Assembly (NCBI GenBank): GCA_002269645.1
Contig: NIVC01001600.1
Span: forward strand, 197,859 to 261,858
Direction of reading: 5' to 3'
Source: Macrostomum lignano
Lineage: Eukaryota
DNA length: 64,000 nucleotides
In this document: positions 1-10,662 of the stretch, one piece after another
Numbering within the stretch: the first letter of the stretch is position 1
Layout: every line of letters begins with the position of its first letter
Notes under the pieces: generated by a model
Databases searched by the model: none
What the model saw: only the letters and a program-made list of their open reading frames with translations
What the model was told of the DNA's origin: nothing
Position numbers and translations under genes: made by a program

Positions 1-257
1 GCGCAACAAAGACTCGAGAACGTTGAACTTTTGTTGATGGACAGGTTCAGCTTTTAGCAATGCTGGCTGCTGCTGCTGTTGTTGCTGCTCCAGAGGCTGG
101 TCCAGCACGCCATTGAATTGGTCAAACTCGCCCATGATCTGCTGGACAAATGTATCATCGAGCAGTGGATCGTGATCTGGTATCACGCCTGACATTAGGT
201 CAAAGTCGGTGCCAAGCTCATCTGTGCGCAGGTCGCTCAGGATGTCATCTAGAGGAT
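1..257 (-). CDS. Internal coding exon of an unidentified gene, probably a transcriptional regulator; runs off the window start
   Basis: Pyrimidine tract plus TAG acceptor at 260-258, then a frame open to position 1: (D)PLDDILSDLRTDELGTDFDLMSG...DQPLEQQQQQQQPALLKAEPVHQQKFNVLESLLR. Acidic segment, poly-Q, LKAE SUMO-type site, LESLL (LxxLL). No family assigned. Confidence 0.6.
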
Positions 258-1804
258 CTAGAGGAGAAGAGGTTGTTGGGAATAAGAAATGATGGGAAAA
301 AATTAATGACAAGAAAAACTAGTTTAAGATCTCAAATATTTTCAGGACTTAGAATATAGGTCAAATAAATAGATTTGATAAAGGATTTCTTATATTTTCT
401 GATATCTCTTCAACAATAAGTATCCCCTGGCAGTCTATTGACAGTCCCTTGATGGGCTTCTTACAGACACTTGATAGCAAATTTGTATACTTAGTTCTTA
501 GCTACAGATTTATATTACTGCATATTTTAAGTTAGTATTACTCTTGCTGTGATACAATGTAGATGAATGAAGGGTATACTTAGAAATAAATATTAGTAAC
601 AATACTTATGAAAATGTAAGTGCAAATAATGTTCCTTAGCATTCTTAAAATCACTCCTTATGCATTTATCACCTTTGGCTAATATATTGGTTTGCTACCT
701 TCCCTATGTATCTCTTTTGCTTCTAGCTAGGCTGGAGCTATCATTAGCTTTATTCCTTTAGTTTTATTATATACCACCTATTGCCATGCCAGCCTAGTAA
801 ATAAATGCAAATTTAAACAAAAGTTAGCCTCTATCAATTGTCATGAATATTGCCAATTTGACTCAAGTGTTATTTGAACATTAAATTTGATTGCCATCTA
901 TCAAAGTATTTGTATTGCTTCAAAAAGTTCTATCACTATACCCATACAAAAACTCTTTATACTAGGTCAATTGATAGGGACTCAAGTGAAATTTTGAAAG
1001 TTACTTTTTAGTATTTTTCGATTAGGTCTTTCAATTAATAATTTATAGAATTAGTGATTACTTGAAGGCATTTTGCTCTAACTTGTACTCGTTACATTAT
1101 TTACTTTGTTGGTTACAAAACTTCATATCAATTTTGTTGTGTTTTACTTCTTCATCTTGACAATCTTTTCTCAATTTTGTTTAACTTTACATGGACAATA
1201 CACTAAAAGACCTGATCCTGATTCCTGAATCCCAATCCCAATCCCGATCCCAAGAAAAAAATTATTCCCGATTCCGATCCCACCCAAAGATTTCAATCCC
1301 ATCCAACCTCTAGTCTCAACCTTATTACCAAAGCTAATAAATTGACCCACTGAATACAAATTGACAACCAACCCTTTCCCATAATAGACTAAACCTTTGG
1401 TTCTCCTGAATATTTTGAACCCATTGTAAATTGAGCCAATTGAGCTTCTTATTTGGAATACTATCTTTTTATGTTATTAATATGTTTTAAGACAATATCT
1501 AGAGATTGTGACTATCAAACACAACAATCTGTAAGTTACTATCAAGTGATTTGCATTATCAGGAAGTCAGTTGAATCTGCTACCTCAGTTATTTAGCTCT
1601 CAGTGATTATCAAAGTTATATATAGAGCCAAAGTAGTAAGAAACTAAAAGACTAATGATACTCAAGATAGAAAACAACAAACATCTAAAATAATCCACTA
1701 ATATAACTAGAATAACCAAAAACCTTTGCAACAATGTTTAAAAATTAGACCTAGATTTAAAATATAAATAGGATTATAAAAAAACATTTTTTACAATTTG
1801 GCTA

Positions 1805-2992
1805 TGTAGTGTGAGCATCTTTGCGTTTATTTTGTTGTAAATTGACTGCATTAGTTTCTATATTGTTATTGAATTGTTATTTTGCTTTAGTTTAGTCATG
1901 CGTTTTTTGTGTACTTTTTCTTGTTAGTTAGAATCTAAATTTGTAAACAGGTTAGAGTTAGACGCCATCTGTGACTCAGCGGAGGGTTGAGTTTTGTCTG
2001 CGAACCCCAGCTTTGCGCGGTCAGCCAATCAGAACCGGCCTGGACCCTGGCACGCGGCAAGTTTCAGTTCTACCCGGCGCCGCGGGCACAGTGCAAATCG
2101 GCTTAGCAAGCGGCCGGCCAGACGACCACCACCCGGCTTGAGGGGGTTTTGAGGGGTTGACTCTGACTATATATGAAGGTGTGTTTTGGCAATCGGATCT
2201 CACTTTTTTTCCTTCTCTCCTTTTCCCCGGTTTGTCTTGTCCAGTTCCCGGCCGGTGGCCCGACTTTTCCTCCCCTTGTTGGTTCGCGCTTTGAGGCGTT
2301 TTGATTTCATCACCCCCGGTCCATATCTTTGTTCCCGCCCAACCGCAGTAGTCTTGTGGCGTAACGTCTACGGCAAATTCCTGTCTGAAGTCGTCGCTAT
2401 CAAGCGCGGTTAGATAGAGACTGTCGGATCTGATCAAGTACGCGGCCTCGACCCCGAGGGCCCCAGTGTTACACTGAAGGGCAGTGCCGATAGAACTTAG
2501 TCGGTACTCCGTTGAACGGTCGGTTCGGCAGGGCTCTCGTTTGAGAGTAGGTTCTGGCTTAGGCCAGGGGTTAGGAGTCTTCTCCGTGGTCCTGTGTTCG
2601 GTGCCTCCTCCTTCTTCTTCAGCTGAGATCCGCTTGTCAGTGCGTGTATAATCATTATTTATTAACCGTTGTTGTCGTTTTGTCAACTCTAGTTATCTGC
2701 GCCGTTTGCTTGAATCTTGTAACTCAGCTAATCAAATTAAACCGTCAATCAAGTTAGTTATTCTTGAAATAGGATTATCACTCTCTAAATCTTTCGGTTT
2801 GTGTTCCCTCGTGTTCTTTCTTTTCTTGTACTGTACCTGCGGCTATTGGAGAAAGACTGGTAGGACTCGCCGACCGGCGATAGGCGATTAGGATTAATAG
2901 CTTTAAAATCTTCGAACGCTCCAAGTAGGTTTGTCTAGGGCCTAAATAATTGCTCACCGTGCATGCTATTATCTAATTGCCTATTTATCACA
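1805..2992 (+). repeat. 5' LTR
   Basis: Starts TGTAGTGTGAG, ends TATCACA; matches 11820-13007. CCAAT at 2025-2029 and TATATA at 2168-2173 are candidate U3 promoter elements. Confidence 0.97.
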
Positions 2993-3012
2993 AGTGGAGC
3001 CCCTGGGATTCC
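2993..3012 (+). promoter_or_regulatory. Candidate primer-binding site
   Basis: AGTGGAGCCCCTGGGATTCC directly after the 5' LTR, with TGG 2 nt from the LTR end. Resembles the complement of a tRNA 3' end (TGGAG..., Thr/Gln-like) but the tRNA cannot be assigned by eye. Confidence 0.5.
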
Positions 3013-3518
3013 AATAGTTAGCAGGCGGCAGTTTATTGGTAGGCGCTCTAAGTGAGCAAGCTTAGACTAAAATTCAACGAGTCTGTTCCAGGCTCGTAGC
3101 GGCTATTTCGTCAACCACGCAGTGTGCAGCAATTCCGCATTAGGTGTGGTTTTGCGGTTGGCCAGTTACCCCAAAATACTGAATAGGATTTAGGAGTGGG
3201 AAAAATAAAATTGACCTTCTAAAACTAAAATTAGTACTTTAATAGAAACTTGCGTGTGAAAGTAGATTTTGTTTACAGTTGAAAATTTCATTAGTGTTTA
3301 TCAGCATAGTCTGCGAGTGCGCGCACTAGAGAGTACACCGGTTGAATTTGTCTCAGTGTACATTCAGTTTTCTTATCAGTTATTGCCAGTGCGAGCGAGG
3401 CGACCGATTCCGCTCAGTAGATAAAATAGAAAACTAGATTATTGAAATTGTTATAGCCTTACAAGTTGTACTTTCTGAAGTTGCAGTAATAGAAATTCCA
3501 ATTGGTTGAAACTTAGCA

Positions 3519-4751
3519 ATGGCGCAGGACGGAGAAAATAGTCAAGAATCGAAGTCAGCTGAGATTAGGAACGAAGGCGAAATAGATGAGGCCGAACATT
3601 TGAGAACAGTAGTGAGAGAACTGCAGGATCGCATAAGAAGAATGGAAACCGAAAATCCCGAACCTAGAGTGATTTTGAAGTCGCATAACAGCGTAGCAAA
3701 GCCAAAGCCATACCGACTTGGCTCAGATTTCGAATTGTTTCTAAGAATCTTCAACAACTACTGTCAAGGCAACAGTATAGACGAATCGGCTAAAGTGTAT
3801 CAACTATTGTCGCTCCTAGACGAAGACGCCTACAAGGTTTACATTAACTTAGGCCTAGCGAGCACCGAATCATTTGAAAGCATCGAAAAGACTTTAAAGG
3901 ACAAATTTAAGCCCGTAGGACAGAAGGAAGAAGCGAAGCTAGAGCTGATGAACCGCAGGCAGAAGGAAGACGAATCGTTAGAAGAATTTTACGACGCGCT
4001 AGTTGAATTAGTTAGGAAAGCAGGACTAGAGAGTCAGGCTAGAGAGCGAGTTTCTGAACGATTTGAAGCCGGCATAGCAAATTATAAAGTCAGGCGCGCA
4101 GTTATTGCCTATCGCAGAACGCATGAATCGAAATACCAGACGCAAGATTTACTGACTGCAGCAAAGAACGAGGAGATCCTCGAAGAACTCGCAAATCCAG
4201 GCAGTCAAAAGAATAGGAGGAAGCAGGAGGGCTCAAATACTTTGACAGCTCAAGTAGAAAAAGAGCAGAAAAAGCCAGCACCCAGCGCGGACCAAGGCCA
4301 CCAGTCATTTGGACCTCAGTTTGCTTCCCCGAGCAATTATCCTTCGCAGTACCAACCGTACCAGAATTATCAGCCTCAGTTCGACTACAGGCAATGGCAA
4401 CCTAGGTTCGCCCATAGACAAATGAACCCAAGCTATAGGCCACAGGCACCAGTGCAGCCTCCGAATAGCTTTCGGCCACAGCATCACATGAGCAGTTACT
4501 CGAGACCCTATAATAGGCAGTCTTCGCCATTTGTCAGGCCCGCCATGACACGCCCGTCACGCTTTGGTCACGAGGCCGGAGGGGCCAATGACAGGTTCAC
4601 ACCTTCGGGGGCGAACGCGCCAAATGCGAGAAAGGCCTGTTATGAGTGCGGCGAAGAAACTCACCTGGCTAGAGACTGCCCAGTTAGACGAAATTCTTTA
4701 AACTACCGACGGGGCGGCACCAAGGGAGGGCCAACCGCCCCCAGCCATTAA
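3519..4751 (+). CDS. gag: Gag, 410 aa, with C-terminal CCHC zinc knuckle
   Basis: ATG ORF; capsid-like RRQKEDESLEEFYDAL segment; CYECGEETHLARDC (CX2CX4HX4C) at 4638-4679. Confidence 0.93.
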   Translation: MAQDGENSQESKSAEIRNEGEIDEAEHLRTVVRELQDRIRRMETENPEPRVILKSHNSVAKPKPYRLGSDFELFLRIFNNYCQGNSIDESAKVYQLLSLLDEDAYKVYINLGLASTESFESIEKTLKDKFKPVGQKEEAKLELMNRRQKEDESLEEFYDALVELVRKAGLESQARERVSERFEAGIANYKVRRAVIAYRRTHESKYQTQDLLTAAKNEEILEELANPGSQKNRRKQEGSNTLTAQVEKEQKKPAPSADQGHQSFGPQFASPSNYPSQYQPYQNYQPQFDYRQWQPRFAHRQMNPSYRPQAPVQPPNSFRPQHHMSSYSRPYNRQSSPFVRPAMTRPSRFGHEAGGANDRFTPSGANAPNARKACYECGEETHLARDCPVRRNSLNYRRGGTKGGPTAPSH

Positions 4752-4765
4752 ACCGATTCACTCCC
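4697..4765 (+). promoter_or_regulatory. -1 programmed ribosomal frameshift signal (gag to pol)
   Basis: T TTA AAC heptamer (4697-4703) in the gag frame; 7 nt spacer; stem GGGGCGG (4711-4717)/CCGCCCC (4735-4741); loop GGGAG (4724-4728) complementary to CTCCC (4761-4765). The pol frame is -1 and open from 4688. Confidence 0.85.
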
Positions 4766-7700
4766 AATAGAAGAGCTGCAGCAGTAGAGGACCAGCAAGA
4801 CAGCTCAGTCAATGTAGAATATGGCAACTTAGTTTGGTACAATTATTACAGAGGCTACGGATTTCTGCGAGATAGCGATAATAGAGATATATTCTTTCAT
4901 GTGACTAATACTAATATAGCAACTGATTACGAAATTATGCATTTTCTGCGCCAGAGGGCGACAGTAAAATTTATTCGCACTAACGATACTACTCATAGTA
5001 GGAAACAGAGAGCGGTCAATGTTAAAATTTGCTCAAGCGAGGAACGCAGATTAGCAGAAATTAACAAACAGAAGTCAGCGAGCTTAGCTAGACAGTCAGA
5101 GCAATTGAAAGAAGAATTAGAGAAGCGAAGCGAAGCTGCGGCAGCTCAGAGAAGCGCATTGAATAGCATAGACTTGAGACTCAGTGAGGTGGAAGGCAAG
5201 AAAGCTTCATCAGACGAACCGAAAGTAGTAAAAGAATTGTCAGAACTTAGAACCGAACTGAAGGACTTACGCCAATGCTTGGTAGGAAAAGTCCAAGAAG
5301 AGCCAGCGAAAGTAGTATTAGACAGTAGTGCAACGACAACAGAACTTAGAGCTGAACTTAGGGAAATGAAGCAGGAATTAAGGAAGTTAGAGACAGCCAT
5401 CCAGCGAGATGTGGCAGCTGAAAAGAAAGCAACAGAGAAGCGAGAGAAGACCGTAGAAGCAGACATATCTAGCCAATTAGTGAATTCAGGATTATTCCTC
5501 GATAGCCAGATTAACGGACTAAGCGAAAAAATATTAGTTGATACCGGCGCCTCAAATTGCCTAATTGATAATAAATTATATCAACGCCTCTATCCAGCCA
5601 ATCATAGTCTGAAGCCATGCTCAGTGAATATGCGATCCGCCAATGGCCAGACTTCAAATTTATTAGGCCAAGTAGCATTGCGTGTTAGATTTGGGGACTG
5701 CGAGATTACGCACCCATTCTATGTTGCTGAAGGCTTACTAACATCATCAATAATAGGCATCGATTTGTTAACCAGGCATAAAATTAAATTAGATATAGCA
5801 GGAAAATCCTTAGAATTTAGTGATCGCAGAATTCCGCTTGTAACAACGAGTGATGAAACGCGTTGCGTCCTACTGCAAGTAGTCAAGAAAGTATCTATAG
5901 CACCGATGAGCGAAATTTATGTCAAGGCTAAATGTAAAGATACTCCAGAAACTGCAGAACTCGGCTTCATTTCAGGCCGCAGTCAAATTAGCGAGAAAGA
6001 TGAGCCATTAGTAGCTAAAGCTATTACTAGATTGGACGAATTCGGCGAAACTTACGTTAGATTAATGAACCTGACAGAAGAGGCACAGACAATTCATAAG
6101 GATGAGGTAGTTGCGCAGTATCAACCGATGAAGGAGGAAGTAGAACTTTTCGCAATGTCAGAAACTGATTTAGAAGTAAGTGCGCAGAAGCAATCGAAGG
6201 CAGCAATTACGGTGCAAGAAGCTGATAGACTTAGGGAGCAATTCCGCTTAAACGAGACCGATTTAAGTGAGGCTCAGAAGAGAAAAGTAATTGAATTATT
6301 ACATCGTTATCAAAATATAGTTTCGAAGGATCAGTGGGATATCGGCAAGACCCAGATGGGCGAATTCAAGATTGAGACTACCGATGAAATTCCAGTCAGA
6401 ATTCCCCTGCGCAAGCAAAGCCCTGAGCAACGAGAATTTGTTAGCGGACATGTGCAGCAGCTGTTAGAGCACGATTTGATTGAGCCCTCAGAATCTGAGT
6501 GGAGTTGCCCTATAGTTCTCGCCCGGAAGAAGTCCGGAGAATTCAGATTTTGCTGTGATTTTAGACAACTAAATAATAAGACTAAGAAGGACAGTTTTCC
6601 GTTACCGCTAATTCAAGAATCGCTGGAATCCCTGGCAGGCAACATGTACTTTAGCACCCTAGACATGGTCGGCGCTTATTGGTCAGTGAAGGTCAGAGAG
6701 ACTGACCGCGAGAAATTAGCGTTTCGAACCCATGATGGCCTGTTCCAGTGGAAAGTTTTGCCTTTCGGAGTCACGAATGGACCCGCTTGCTTTCAGCGCA
6801 TAATGCAGAAGATCTTAGGCGATTACGCTTATAAGTTCGCTTTACTCTACCTAGATGATGTTATTTGCACAGGCAAGAATTTCGAAGCAATGCTAAGTAA
6901 TTTAGAATTAATTTTCTCTCGATTAGCAGATGCTGGTATGAAAATCAAGCCAGAGAAGACCTTTCTGTTTCGGAAAGAAGTCACCTTCCTAGGGCACACC
7001 GTCTGCCAGCACGGTATCTATACCAGCAAAGATAAGATAGAAAAAGTCCAAACATGGCCCCGGCCAGAGAATATCTCTGAGCTGCGCGGATTCTTAGGCT
7101 TAGCCGGCTACTATCGCAGATTTATTAAAGACTTTGCGCGAATAAGTGAGCCCTTGAATAATTTAACTAGAAAAGATGTCAAGTATAAGTGGGATGACAG
7201 TTGCCAGAAGGCATTCGATCTATTAAAGCAGAAGCTAGTAAGCGCACCTGTACTGAGCTACCCCAGGTTCGATAGCGACGCGGGACCGTTCATCCTCGAT
7301 GTCGACGCCTGTGACGTAGCTATAGGTGGAAATTTATTACAAGAGCAAGATGGTGAAGAAAAAGTGATAGCCTATGCTTCGCATCCGTTAAATGAGCATC
7401 AGTTGAATTACTGCACTACGATGAAGGAAATGTTTGCGCTGATATATTTCTTAGAACATTACCGGCCTTATCTGGTCGGCCGTCGTTTCAAGGTCAGGAC
7501 AGACCACGCGGCCCTCCAATGGCTACGCAAGTGCCACGGTGCAAAAGGCATGCTAGGCAGATGGAATATGATTCTTGAGCAGTTTGATCAATTTGAAGTA
7601 ATTCGAGAATGGAGGAATATGACTTTGCAATTCAGTACCGCCAAGGGATTGCCCATGGTAACGCAGACGCCCTGAGTCGCAGACCTCAGCGGGATGGTCC

Positions 7701-9475
7701 CCCGAAACGCTACCATGAGGAATGCCCCACTTGCAGTGCGACGAAGACAGCAACAGTCCACTGCGGTGCAATTAATATCGATACGCCAGCAGGAATTGTA
7801 GAACTGCAGGAGAGCCAGCCAGAGTTGCTGCTGCTCAAGCAAAAGCTCAGACAGGGAGAGCCCTGTCCACCCAAGAATGAATGGGTTGGAATGAGCCGCA
7901 GTTATAAGTCATTATTTAGCGATTATGAGCAGCTATTAGTGAAAAATGACATAATTTACAGGAATTGGATAGATTCCGAAGGCCGAAAATTTGAGCAGAT
8001 TGTACTGCCGGAAAATCAAGCCCTGGAGCAGCAGTTGTTTCGAGCTTACCACGATCAAATGGCTCACGGCGGTATTTCGAAGACAAAAGATTTGATTCGA
8101 CAGAGATTTTGGTGGCCAAACTATTCAACGAACTTAGATAGATATATTAAGACTTGTACTGAGTGTCAGACAAGAAAGAAATACGGGCCGAAGCCACGAG
8201 CGCCCTTAGAGCCAGAAGTCAGCAGTTACATGGGCGAGAAAGTACATATAGATTTCGCCGGTCCGTTTAACGCCACAGCACGGGGGAACAAGTACCTCCT
8301 GCTGATGGTTGATCACTTTACGGGTGGCTAGAGGTAAAAGCGCTTAGAGATTGTACAGCTGAGAGAACAGCTTGGGCCCTGTACACAGAGTGGATCACTC
8401 GGCATGGTGCCCCTGAAGCATTCATATCAGACAGAGGAACATCATTTACTGCAGAATTAGTGAAGTCATTAACCGAAAATTTCCGAATAGATTTGCGCCA
8501 TACTACTAGCTACCATCCGCAGGCAAACGGTCGCTGCGAGCGCATGGTCAGAGTAGTGAAAGATGGAATCAGATTAGCTCAGGTGAACTCAGTTTGGCAT
8601 GGGATGAGGTGCTTCCGCACGCTTTGATGGTTCAGCGAAGCACGGTCAGTGAAAGCAATAAATTTAGTCCGTTCGAATTAGTCTATGGTCGAAAGATGCG
8701 GCTACCGGTTGATGCTGAGCTTGGATTGCCTTCGCCGGAGCGCAAGACCCGTGATAAACATTTACATGATCTGTATAAGAAGTGCATGGAATCGTATAGA
8801 ATCGCCAGAGAAAAGCAGCAAATATCAGTCAGGCGGCAGAAATCTAATTATGACACGAAAGTATTCCAGCAGTATTATCAGCCAGGTGACCTGGTCTGGA
8901 TAGCGAATACGCAGAATTGTTATGATACGAATAGGAAGTGGGTAGGTCCGTATCGAGTGCTTGAAGTAAGAAATAATGGAAAAAATTTAAAAATTGAACC
9001 CGGTCCAAAGGTTGACCGAATAGAGCAACCCGTCAGAATTCATGACGTAGTGACAGTAGACAGAACAAAGCCCTGCTACTTGTCAGAAGAAAAGTTGCGT
9101 CAATATCGAGAAGAGGAAGCTGGAAGTGCTAGTGATGACGGCTCGGAGGAGTCAGAAAGAGTCCAAGTGGAGATTCAGAGACCAGAGAGAATTAGATTTT
9201 TGCAACGTGAGAGAGCTCACGAAGCTACTGGAAGTAATAAAGATAGAACAGTGGAAAATACTCAGACAGCGGGCAATGCAAACCAGCAGGCGCAGGCGAG
9301 TCCTGCGGGGTCTCAGGCCAGGCAGAGTCCTGTGCGCACTCCACCGAATTTAATGCATCTGAGCCCGGTGCACAGTACGCCCCCGCAGCGGGCAGGCATG
9401 AATAATGTTAGCTGGATACCGCGGCTGCGGAACCGCGCGGCGATTAGACCCCCGGAACGATACGGTTATCATTGA
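4703..9475 (+). CDS. pol: Pol: cold-shock domain, coiled coil, protease, RT, RNase H, integrase; three apparent 1-nt deletions
   Basis: CSD 4814-5029; protease LVDTGA (DTG 5540-5548); RT YLDD 6848-6859; RNase H DACDVAIGG and TDHAAL; IN H-H-C-C (YHDQMAH, CTEC), HIDFAGP, SDRGTSF, NGRCERM, GPY. Frame changes near 7608, 8323 and 8593. Confidence 0.93.
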
Positions 9476-10044
9476 ATGGAGTCTATAGAAACGAAAGGCA
9501 CTGTCGAGACGAAAATTTCAATTGTATTACTAATAGTAACTTGTCGAGACATACGCGAGAAAATTGTAGAACGCAAAAATGGAACCAGAGAAAAATAGTC
9601 AATAGAAAAAATAATAAAGACTTGCAAGTGCTGATGTTGACACTGCAGTTGCAGGAGTTGAAGACTAACTGCTCGAGCTGCCACACCTGGTAGATTCCAG
9701 GACGCTAATGAAAGAGAAATACCATAGACGACCATAGAAAGTGTATGAAACGATTGGAAGTTGCAAATAGAAATTGAAATTGAATTGAGCCCAGATTGAA
9801 GTCGTCTGCGGTTCCATCGGCCAGTATATTCGGAATTATTATAATGAGAAATTATTAAGGAATAAATATTATTATAAATGTTATTAAAAAAAACAGTCTT
9901 GCAGTAGAACTGACATGCGTGAATATTCGATACAAACATAAAAAATTGTAAAAGCTTCATAAAACAACACAAAAATATTATTCAAATTGCTTGAGTCAGA
10001 ACACTGCTTGACACAAAAATATTAAAAACTTACAGCTAACCGAC

Positions 10045-10662
10045 ATGTTACATGTTGCAGCTGAAATGGCTGAGCGAGAGGAAGGGGAGATTCCCGACGG
10101 CGCTACTGCGGTCCCGGAGGTGGACGTATTGGATGTGTGCGCCGCCGTCGACGACCTGGGTATGTCGGAGGCGACGGCGAAGCCATCACGAGCTGAACGG
10201 CGGCGAGAGCGGGCTCAGAGGCATTACGAACAACGACGTGCCGTGCGCCGCGCTGAACGCGAACTTGAGACATCGACGGCGCTGACGCGGCCTCAGGTTT
10301 TTTCGGCCCTGAAGCGCTACATTAGGAACGACTGGAGCCGGAATCCGTCGGTTGATACGCTTCGCGCAAAGCTCCGGCACGTGCGGCTTGCTGGTCAGCA
10401 AGGCGGCATTCCGATGCCCGAGTTGTTCGACGCGATGGCGACGGCCGTGTCGGTGGCCATTGCTTTCACACCGCGCCAGCGAATGCCTGACACTAGTATC
10501 GACGACATCCGCACGGCCTGTCAGGCGGAAGGGCTCGCCTTGAAGGGTCGCAACGGCACTGGGTCCGCGTCGACATCGATGGGGGCGTTCTGCCCGCTGG
10601 CCGCTGCGAGTCATTGTTCGGCGCCGGTTACCGCCGCCAGCTGGAAGAGGACGGTTCAGTAA
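10045..10662 (+). CDS. Accessory ORF3 of the retrotransposon (non-env, unknown function); may extend to 10766
   Basis: GC-rich 205 aa sense ORF between pol and the 3' LTR. Second Met at 10066 follows a branch-point-like CTAAC and a TTGCAG acceptor. Another frame (HWVRVDIDGG...RAKRDP*) runs to 10766 if one C is restored near 10557. Confidence 0.65.
   Translation: MLHVAAEMAEREEGEIPDGATAVPEVDVLDVCAAVDDLGMSEATAKPSRAERRRERAQRHYEQRRAVRRAERELETSTALTRPQVFSALKRYIRNDWSRNPSVDTLRAKLRHVRLAGQQGGIPMPELFDAMATAVSVAIAFTPRQRMPDTSIDDIRTACQAEGLALKGRNGTGSASTSMGAFCPLAAASHCSAPVTAASWKRTVQ

Noticed and set aside
2021-2686. 221 aa antisense ORF in each LTR (also 12036-12701)
   Set aside because: Starts at TTG, shows no recognisable domain, and recurs only because the LTR is duplicated; no support for translation.
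7553-8600. The pol frame changes as programmed frameshifts
   Set aside because: No slippery heptamer or stimulatory structure; they fall inside conserved domains and each is fixed by one homopolymer base.
9469-9972. Small ORFs between integrase and ORF3
   Set aside because: AT-rich, short, no motifs, non-ATG starts or early stops.
10045-10662. ORF3 as an envelope gene
   Set aside because: No signal peptide, furin site or transmembrane helix, and too short.
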